From Geosiphon pyriformis uo1 (Eukaryota; Fungi; Glomeromycota): a stretch of 9,588 nt of DNA. The first letter of the stretch is position 1. Every line of letters starts with the position of its first letter. The stretch covers positions 1 through 9,588 of the forward strand of contig JAAOMT010000105.1 in the NCBI GenBank assembly GCA_016748015.1. The letters are read 5' to 3'. Below are positions 1-9,288 of this stretch, in pieces. Made by a program: the position numbers and the translations under genes. The notes under the pieces are model-generated. The model was not told the origin of the DNA. It was given only the letters and a program-made list of their open reading frames with translations, and made no database searches.

Positions 1-300
1 AATTGTATCCTACCACTTTACAGTGATATAGAGATTACGCTGCTGGGGATCAAACAGTTGATCCTTAATTGGAGTAGTAAACCACCAAACCACAAATGGA
101 TCCCTAAATTGGATGCCTCCTGAGAACCTTTATATGGATACAAGGATTGGGTAGTACTACAAACCACCTGTGGGAGACTTGTATACCTCGGTGTATAAAC
201 CCCCCCCAACTATCGTTGCGAACCCATTGTATCTAAATTGATCTTGTATACAAAAGTATACACTACCCTTGATTGTATATACAACCCCCAAACCGTAGAC
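1..300 (+). repeat. Terminal direct repeat, copy 1 (circularisation overlap; unit length 9,288 bp)
   Basis: 1-300 (aattgtatcc...aaccgtagac) is identical to 9289-9588. The ORF track gives the same 63-aa ORF at 18..209 and 9306..9497, an offset of 9,288. Confidence 0.97.
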
Positions 301-320
301 CCGGGATAAAACAAGTCTAC
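45..320. other. Cluster of short palindromes and hairpins
   Basis: GGATCAA-acag-TTGATCC (47-64); GTAGTACTAC (151-160); TGTATAC-aaaa-GTATACA (245-262); TTGTATATACAA (273-284); GTAGAC...GTCTAC (295-320). Confidence 0.7.
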
Positions 321-1585
321 AAATGGGTATATCCAAAGTATGTTGTTTGGTATGGGGTGTGGTTTGGAATGGGTAGTAGAGGGCGCCTGGGTTGTTGGGT
401 TACGCGAGTTGCTCCGCGCAGTAGTGGGTTTATGAGCGGCCCCCGGGTTCTCGTTTGACATGGAGCCACAGGAGTCGTAAATGGTACTACCGTTGGGATT
501 GGGGAGGGATCTGGGGATGGGACTCTGTAACCAGTAAGGTCCTTTGTAAGGAGGCCAAGGGTACTGAATGGGACTGTTACCCTTTGTATTTGTAGTGGTC
601 CCATAAGTATACCCTGAGGAGTCCCCAGGTACAAAGATAAACAAGTACCCTTAGGGGACAACCAATGGTGATGTAAGTGTATTGGTACAGCTGGTCTTTG
701 CAGTGACCGATTGTATGAGGTAACTATGGGTTGAAGTAAAGCCCCTCAGTTATATGTGATTAATGAGGATTGGTGGGGACCTGTTATCCCCCCTGTTATA
801 GCCCCTTGGTAGTAGACTAATTACGTAGGAGGGTCCTTTGGGGACACCATCGATTGGTTTGGTTGGTGGGTATTGATTAGGGGCCTTGGTAACCTCTTTT
901 TAAGGTACTGGGACAACACACGTTTGATATGGAGATGTCTTTTTTGGACCCCCCCCCACCCCTTGGGGTAAAGGCGGTGGTTGGGTACCCGAGTTGGGGT
1001 TGGTACACCAATAATAGGGTACTTGGGAACCCATTGTGGTCACAAAAGTGGTATGGGGAGTACCCAGGTTAGTATGAAGCCCCGTCAAGGCCGGTTTGGT
1101 TGGTAAGATTGGGATTTGGTGATGGTTGTTGTACCTTTATATGGGGAGTATTTGTGCTATTTGGGAAGTAGGGAAAGCAGGGTCTTTTACACCAGTTTGA
1201 TAGTGGAGATAGACTGGTATATGGCAAAGGATTGGGGTCCCTGTAATCCAAGCCTGGGGGGATGGTATACAACAGATATGGGGACGAGGTATTTTGGGTA
1301 CAAGAGTTGTACAAGGTGGATTGGTGGGTATGAGATGGTACTATTCGGACCCGGTCTAAGGATGGGCTTTGTACCCAAAACTTGGATGGTAGTGTGGGAC
1401 CTGGGGTTACTATTGGTAAGGCACGTTTTGTCCAAATGAGAGGTGTGTTGGTTTGATCAAACAGGTACAATTACAGGGTTCTTTGGTACCTGTCCCCGTA
1501 ATGTTGTGCGCGTGGTCCGGATCAAATGGGAGGTCCATTCGCCTACAAATGTAAGGGATCGCATTTTCTACGGATACCCATTGAT

Positions 1586-1716
1586 CCCCCCACCACCACC
1601 ACCCCACACCACCACCCAGTCGTAGGTGATACCGTAGTTGCCTACGTCCCCCCCCCCCCCTAGCCCCGTGGGGCGTTGTAGGGACCCCCCCACCCCCCCC
1701 CTGTATCCCCCCCCCC
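1586..1716 (+). repeat. C-rich low-complexity block: C6+(CCA)n, C13, C7AC9, C10; potential G-quadruplex on - strand / i-motif on + strand
   Basis: Runs at 1586-1617, 1648-1660, 1685-1701 and 1707-1716. C9-TGTAT-C10-TGTAT is a local direct repeat. Confidence 0.8.
1621..1646 (+). other. Stem-loop between C-runs
   Basis: CGTAGGTGAT / GTTGCCTACG form a 10-bp stem (7 Watson-Crick plus 3 G-U pairs) with loop ACCGTA. Confidence 0.55.
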
Positions 1717-1742
1717 TGTATACCCGGATCCCCCAGTCGACT

Positions 1743-1945
1743 TGGATACCAGGTCTACCCCATTGGATATTGGATACCAACACTCCAAATGGATCCCCAA
1801 TGGATACCATGGATACACAGGATCTACATGGATATGTATACTGCCCACATGATTAAGGTCTACATGGATCAAAGGTAGAGCTGGATCCACCCAGAAATAC
1901 AATGGATCAAACTGGGGGGTTTGGTAACACAAATGGATACTGGAT
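1743..1945 (+). repeat. Array of 12 same-orientation TGGAT(A/C) words (iteron-like)
   Basis: TGGAT at 1743, 1764, 1771, 1790, 1801, 1810, 1829, 1865, 1882, 1903, 1934 and 1941, plus GGATC variants near 1726 and 1820. TCTACATGGAT is repeated at 1823 and 1859. Confidence 0.85.
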
Positions 1946-2082
1946 CCAACTGGTGCATATACTATGATACCCAATGGTATCCAACCCCCCCCCCCCACCA
2001 GGATGTGCCATTGGGGACGGTGGGCGAAGCCTGTATATGGTAGGTATTAGAGATTGGTACCCTTTTGTCACAATGGGTAAGA

Positions 2083-2107
2083 TGGGCGGTATAGCAGCGC
2101 GATTGGA
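2083..2107 (+). repeat. CG-rich box copy 1: TGGGCGGTA-TAGC-AGCGCGATT-GGA
   Basis: Shares two exact 9-mers, in the same order, with 4388-4409 in an otherwise CpG-poor sequence. Confidence 0.7.
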
Positions 2108-4387
2108 TTTGACTTTGGACAGGCTGGTAGGGATTGGTACTTTGTTGGCTTGGGGATTGGACTGGGGCATGGTAATTGGTTTTGATTTTGATTGGGAGGG
2201 GGAACCTCTTGGATATGGTCCATATCTCGAGGACACGTTCGGGGAATGGTTACCATTTTTAGTAGTGTTGGGTCCTTTTGTTTGGAAGTGGTTTTGGAAT
2301 TGGTTTTGAGTACAAAGGGTCCTGCTTGCGTAATTGGACCCTGTAAGTCCCCAGGGGCGTAAAGCCGTTACAAGTAAGTTGCCATTTGGGCTTTTATTTG
2401 GGATTGTTTAGGACCCTGTGTTTGTTGTGTCTGACCCTTTTGGCCCCCCCCCCCACTCCACACAAGTTTGGTACTGTTGGACTATCCCAAATATGATATG
2501 TCTTTTGGATACCATATACCCCGAACCGGGTCCCAAACCCCAATCCCCGAGGGCTCAATACAAGACATACTATTTAGGTGCCCTATAAACCCCCATACCC
2601 TTGGTCTGTTCATCCTATTTAAGGGTTTTGTTGAACCAGAAGGTATCCTATGGGACTATGGGAGGTGTCAACTACTAGAATTTTCTTTGTTTGATTACAG
2701 CAGTCCCCATGGACCCTCATCAAATACAGGTGTTACCTTTACCCCTTGAGTGGGCTTTAAGGGGCATACACATCCCCACTAGTAATACAGTGTCTATTTG
2801 GGCCCCCAACACCAAGGGATGTATTGTACCTATCCTATATTGATTGATTTGTTTTGGTCCCCCATCCCAACACCCCCCCCCCCTGCCTTTTAACCATGCC
2901 CATCCAATCTCATATGGCCCCCCCCCCCTGGCGCGCTCTGCAGCGCGGTTGTGTGGGTAATGTCAGCTTTGGTGGTTTGTGTGATTGGTTGGTAGGTAGC
3001 CCCCCATGTACTATACATATGGGCGCCAATCATTGCGATAGGTTTGTATGGATTTTTGTGTATTTTGTGTCCCCAATACACCACCCCCCCGACCCCCCTG
3101 GGGGAATGAAGATTTCGTGGGGATTTGGTTGGTTACAATCCCCATTCGCGCAATCCTACCCTGAATAGCGGCAATTACCCTTGATGCAATACGCATCACA
3201 TGGTTGGATTGGGGGGTTTTGTTTATGGGCTTTACCGTTGGTATGAACCCTTTGAGGTAAGGATCGAGGTTGACTTGTGTCCCAGTGGGTGTGGGTTAAG
3301 TTTAATACACGTACCAGTAGTGTATGGGATATAGTACTATAGTGTTGACTTGTAGGTTCTTTGGGGTTTACCCCCCCCCCGTCTGACCTGCACCCATTGG
3401 TTTGTATACTCCTGTACTTGTTGGTTTGATTGCGATTGCCAGCATTTTTGTTTTTACGTTTGGTATGGAGTGGAAGACCTAGTGGGTTTTGGGAGACACA
3501 CAATGGTTATTCTACAACAATTTGTATACACACTGGTGGGATCCCTTAGACTACACATGGTTTGTACCCACGTATACTGGTCCCATGGTTGTATGGGTTC
3601 TCTTTGTGGAATTTGTTTTGGTCCTTCCCTGGCCGCACTACAAGGGGTAAATGGTTGAGTTTGTAATGGTTGTTAGAGTAGTTTGTTCATAGGGTTTGCA
3701 TGGGTTTGGGACCCCACCCCCCCCTATAGGCCTCGGGCCCCATATTTCTATTTGTACTGGGTATTGTTTTGTAGCTTGTGTTGTTTGGGTCCCACTACCT
3801 GCAAGTTTTGTAAGCAGCCCCCCCTCTTAGTATGGCGCAGGCTTATTGGGTTTCTGGGTACTCTGGAGGTGAGTATGGGGTTGGATTGTAATTTTGTTTG
3901 GTTCTTTGGGCTTTAGATAGGGACTTGGGGTGGTTTGTGGATGATGCAGGATTGGACTTGATATGGGGATGGTCATGAGGTAGAAAAGGGGTAGAGTATA
4001 AGGGGGGAACAAGGGTCCGGACCTAATACCAATAGGGTTAGTTGGGGATTTGAGGGGAGATGTTTGTATTTGGTCAGGATCTTTGTTGTTTTTTTTGCTT
4101 GATTGGTTTTGTGAGTGGGTATTGGATTTGTTAGTTGTCATGTTACAAAGCTTGGATAGCTATTACCCTTAGAGACTTGAGATAGTGTTGATTGGATACT
4201 ATACCTCATTCTGGGTTTTATACCAGCCATACCAACTAAACTTGACTGTCCTCTGGATAAAAGGATCCCATATATATTTGCTTATGGGAAACATCAAGCT
4301 TTTGGAGAATAGAGGCCTGGTACTATCGTTTTGTGATGCTTGACTTGGCCATTAGGCAGATGGAGGGATCTATCAGGATTTTGATTC

Positions 4388-4409
4388 TGGGCGGTAAGCG
4401 CGATTTGGA
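4388..4409 (+). repeat. CG-rich box copy 2: TGGGCGGTA-AGCGCGATT-TGGA
   Basis: Matches 2083-2107 apart from a 4-nt deletion and a 1-nt insertion. Confidence 0.7.
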
Positions 4410-7076
4410 CTATAGATGGGACCCTTACTACTTAGTTAGTTTTATGAGCAGGTTACAGGGAGCTTTCTAGGGAGCAATTGGTAGTTGGTACTGAGTAAGC
4501 ATTTATATTAAATAGATAATGGACCCCTCAGTTGCCATGATTGCTCATATCTAGAGCTCCCCTAGTGATAGGTATTGAGTATACTTTTGGTCCCTAGAGG
4601 GTAATTGTAAAGCAGTTTGGCAGTGATAGTCTGGGTCCCTTATTTGATTGGTTTGGTTTGGTTTTTTCATTGACTGTATACCAGTAGGTCATAGCTACCG
4701 GCGTTAGAGGGGGCACAGGATATACCATATACCCATGAGTAATGACTCTCCTCCATTAGAGCTGGCTTGATCCATCCCTTGTTGTGACTATACTGGTTTT
4801 GGTTATTTGGTGGGATAGGGGATATCTATCACCAAGTCTTACTCCCTTATTTATTGTTGGGTTTGGGTGGGATTTTTGTGGATACGCCCCTTATACTAAC
4901 TACCCCTTAAGTATGACCACATTCCCCAGATGACTTTGAGTGCTTTATTTGGGGAGATTGTTTGGATCCTACCATACTATCAAGTACCCGTATTGTGAGC
5001 TTTGTAGTGTATGAGTATAGCAATATTTGGGATCTATTAGTTATGGGGACTACCCAAATCCCATCCCAAGGCTTGGTTGGTTGGTAGGGACCCGTGTGGT
5101 GGGGGGTTGGGGGTATTTGTCTATTCGATGGTGAGTAGTAATGGTATAAGCAATAACCATACAAGTCCTGGGATCTTTGTAGTAAGGAGGATACAACCAA
5201 CTACATTGAGATCTGGCGAGTCTTAGTATTGGGCAGTGGTACTTTGATTGGGTAGCGAAATCAGGTACTTTACAACAGAGTTCCCGACCTCTATGGGCTA
5301 TTATGTATATACGGTGCTTAGGGTAAATAGAAGGATATGGTCTATGGCTTCCCTGGGTCCCCATTGTTGTTGATGTTGGGAGTCATGGTGGTGGTATTTG
5401 GTTGTTAGCTTTTGTGTATTGATTTTTGGACCTCCTAGTTTTAGAGGATTGGGGGTACTGTTGGTGGATAGTAGAGGTTGGTATGGGTGGTAATTCTAGT
5501 TTACTAGTGGGGATCCTCAGTAGTATATTGAGTTGGCTTGTTGATTTAGGGATTTGTGTTTGGTCTGGATATGGTGTTGTGGTTTTGATGGGAGGTTCTG
5601 GTAAGCATCCTATATCCCCCAATGGCCCCGTTGTTGGGGATTGTGTTTATTGGTTAAGTAGGTATGGTGGTCATGGGTTACCTCCTCTTGCTTTTGACGT
5701 AGGATTTGTACAAACTTGTTTGATGGATCCCCACACAAAGGGTTGGTTATAGGTCTACATAGAGGTAGACAGTCAGTACTTGCTTTAGTACTCCCCCTAA
5801 CCATAGAGCACTACTTTACAGGGGATCCATATTTGGTTGGGGCCTTACAAATCCCAAGAAGCCCTACTCTCCAATACTTGATGATCCTGTATGGATAGAT
5901 AACTGCCTCCCATAATACACCTTCCCCTCCATACCCAACAAAGCTAGGAGTGCTACTTGACGCCTCTCATTGTTGTGTGGTATTGGCTGTAATTGGCTGT
6001 TGGGGATTTATTAATAGGCTTCCACAATGTTCGATCAGGGCCCCAATGATACAATAAAATGATTAGACAGTCCCACCAGTACGCGCAGTGCGGACAGTCT
6101 GGAATTTGGAATAAGGGCTTCTTTACTTTGTATCTTTAGTATGTGGAATACGGGTAGTTTTAATAACAGGCAGGTCTTGGCAGAGAGCCCTGTCTACAAT
6201 AGCCCCAGTCCTTGGATACTCAGGGATAGTCAAAATGGTAAGCAACCGTATCCAAATATTAGGTATTATTGGCCTTTGAGTGCTACTGGCCCCATCTAAG
6301 ATTAACTGTATACCAATCAAGAATACACCAACAACCACCAGTACAAATACTTCATTGGTGGATTGCTACCCCCCCCCTATGGGCCCCACCCTTACTTTCC
6401 CCATAGCCTTGGCATTCAACGAAATCGGCATAGGTACTATAGAGAGGGGCCAGTACTCATTGCTTGGGAGTTATAGTACAGGCAGTACGACTTTGGTACT
6501 GAGGCTCCAGGACGGCACGATTGGGTGATTGATTCTTGATTGGGGACATATTAGAGGACCAAATATGAACTAGAGTACTATATCCTCAGCAAGTCCCATG
6601 CATATGAACAAAAGGAGCCATCACCCAAACTACACAACTTACAGGGTATGAGTCCCCAAAAGACATGGACTACTAATATTTGGGGGATTTGCTTTGTACC
6701 CTTTTCTACACATACACCAAATTTTAGGTATAAAAGGGAGTAATTGGGGAGCCAAAGCCGTATGCGGTTCCGTATTGATACATATGAGTCCTAATTACAG
6801 TAAGTAGGGCAGCAGTCACCCCGGATATCTAGGATTGTGCCATCATAGTATACAGGTACATACCTTACAAAGGATACACTTCTCAGAGGGTGTTGTGCCT
6901 AAACTGTATATACTTACTATGCTGATGAGAGAGTTCGAGATTGTACACAAATAGTAGCTCAAAAGTAAATTGGTCTGGTGGGTACAATGTGAGATACAAG
7001 CAAAAGATAGGTTGGGCTATTACTCCATAGGGTTTGCTTGGGACGCAGCTTTCCATTACATCACTCCTGTCATCCC

Positions 7077-7207
<131 letters not shown>

Positions 7208-7286
7208 ACCATGGTTGGTACAAACCCCAATGGGGACACCCATGGTTGGACACCCCAACCTCCGGTGGTAGATTTTTGGGTCCCCT

Positions 7287-8168
7287 CTACTATGGCCTTG
7301 TAGTTGGCTACCTTTTGTGGTCACTCCCCTACACTATGGGATATGGGGATTGGGATATACTTTGGTATATGGTAGAGGGTATCTTGGTATACTACCCTAT
7401 GGCTCCTAAATGGCTCGCTGCCACACGGGCTAAGCTCCATCCTCTTGCTCCTGGGGATATGGTGGATACCCTACATCTAGTTGCTGGGGAGACTACTTAA
7501 TGGTTGCGACAGGGGAGGTATTGGTGCTCTACTCAGTTGGTATCCTTTTGTTGGTATCCTATTTTTGTAGTATTTGGGTACTTTGGTCTAGACGATGGGT
7601 ATACCTCTACACTGCCCATAGTGCGTGGTCTTTGGATACCTGGGGGTCTATGGTCTCCCTACCCTATGGCTCCTATCTTAGGGATATGGGTCTATTTTGT
7701 GGTAAGTATGGGTAGAGATGGGTATCCTCTTTGGGGGTGTAATGCATCTTTTGGTACATCCTTGCTCCCCTTAGTGTTGGATGGTACCATCCATTTGGCA
7801 TCTTTGGGGTAGATTGTTGTACCACACATACTGCCATTGAGGTGGATTTTTGTATACCCGTTGGGCCCTTTTTGGGACTTGGTTGACATCTGGTAGATGG
7901 GGCCTCCTCAATCCCCAATGGTGGCTTGGCATACTGCTCAGGGGATCCTGGGTAGGGTATTTGGATATTCGGGTTGTCTGGGCTCGTAGACTTGGGGGCC
8001 TACATCCTATGGTTAAACCTATGGGGATACACTACTCTACCTATGGGCTACGGGGGGGCCCCCGCTACATATGGCTCCTACCTCTACAACTTGCTTTGTG
8101 TGGTATACTTTTGGTCACATCCTCTGGCTATACCCTTTGTGGTATCCTGTAGACTACTACCCTATGGG
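7287..8168 (+). repeat. Dispersed degenerate repeat family CTAC-N(0-4)-TATGG
   Basis: Exact 17-mer CTACCCTATGGCTCCTA at 7392-7408 and 7659-7675. Variants at 7287, 7329, 8000, 8037, 8065 (CTACATATGGCTCCTA) and 8157. Confidence 0.8.
7778..7793. other. Perfect 16-bp palindrome TGGATGGTACCATCCA
   Basis: Read directly from the sequence; self-complementary, with arms beginning with the TGGAT word. Confidence 0.8.
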
Positions 8169-9288
8169 CCTAGAGTGGGTATAAGGTATTACTTTTTGGG
8201 TATTTGGTTTGTACCCCCGTATTACCTGTACCTTAATGGTCCCGGGGGCAGGAGTTGTGGATTTTGGTCATCTGGTAGAGAGGGTCCCATTTTGATCTGT
8301 TGGTGTGGTCCTTTGTCGCTTTGTATTTGTAGGGTTTGTTACATTGGGTTTGTGGGCATTTGGTTACCAGTCATTGGTTTGGGTGGGCTCTGGGTAATTA
8401 GGGTACCTTAAATATTCAGATTTGACCCGTTGGTTGGTATATGTTATGGGACAGGGATTTTGTAGTTTGATGGTTGGATTTGTAGACTTTTTGGATTGGG
8501 TCCGGTATTGGTAGGCTAGATCCCCTGTGTGCTTGAAAAGCTTTAGATTGGTTTGGAGTGGGAGTTTGATGCTTGGACGGGTCTATGGGCGTTAATGGTT
8601 AAGTAGTTTGTTAGTTGGGGTTTGTAGTCAATGGTTTGAAGTACCCTTGATTTTGGGACTACTTGTTCAGGTAGTATTGGTATTGGTACTAAGTTTGATT
8701 GGACTGGTTTGTACCCTGGGGATCCTGTTGGGGATATGCACTGGTCCCTGACCCCCCCCCCACACCCCCCCCCCTATTTTAAAGAACCTAGTACCCTCTT
8801 CAGGCGCCCAGGTATCATACCCCTCACAGGCCTCACAATAGCCTACGATTCTATTTGACCTATGTTGGCGAAGGGCGTACCTACGAGGACCCCTACTTAC
8901 TAGTCGTGGGTAGGAGAAGTATGGTTGGCAGGTCTTCATGGATATCCGGCTTACAGCTGCCACAGTACCTCCCCCCTTGATTTGGCCCCTGTAGGACCGT
9001 GGGATCCCAGATTGGTTGGATCACAGGTACGATTACAATCAAGCTAGTATTTTGTATCAGGATCCCCTTACTTGGAGGTGGGTATGATACCCAATATGGG
9101 ACCCCTTTTTGGATTTTTATGGATTTTGGGGTATCGACCCTTGTATAGTGGTAGTCCCGTGATGACTAAGGCCCACATATCACATACCCTGGTGGGTCTG
9201 ATGGGGTTCGATACCCATCACCTTAATCATAGGGATTTCTCAAATACCCGTTGGGTTATACTGCCATTGTTGGTGAACTAATATACTC

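Noticed and set aside
1-300. LTRs of a retroelement or phage terminal repeats
   Set aside because: No TG...CA ends, no gag/pol or phage genes; an exact round 300-nt overlap is better explained as circular wrap.
879-1007. Kinetoplastid minicircle CSB1/2/3-like trio (AGGGGCCTT at 879, ACACGTTT at 918, GGGGTTGGTACA at 996)
   Set aside because: None is an exact match, I did not find the universal GGGGTTGGTGTA on either strand, CSB2-CSB3 spacing is too long, and such words are expected in G/T-rich DNA.
1743-1945. CRISPR array
   Set aside because: Repeat unit is only 5-8 nt with irregular short spacing; no 23-47-nt repeats and no cas genes.
400-3400. Scattered 16S/23S-like words (AGTCGTAA 473, TGGGCGAAGCCTG 2021, GTACCCTTTTGTCACAATGGGT 2057, GGGCGTAAAGC 2355, GACCTGCAC 3385)
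   Set aside because: Short, not collinear as a set and within chance expectation for a G-rich 9-kb strand; not annotated as rRNA without a covariance-model test.
210-5804. Remaining short ORFs in the supplied track
   Set aside because: 60-144 aa, mutually overlapping on both strands, composition mirrors strand bias, and no recognisable domains.
7287-8411. Hydrophobic + strand ORFs with cytochrome b-like snippets (PHILPLRWIF, WGYTTLPMG)
   Set aside because: Snippets lie in different frames and the wrong order, lack the conserved heme His pattern and a true PEWY motif, and arise from T/G-rich repeats.
8790-8980. RFYLTY as a CRESS-virus Rep motif I
   Set aside because: Sits in a roughly 60-codon open stretch with no motif II/III or SF3 helicase Walker motifs.
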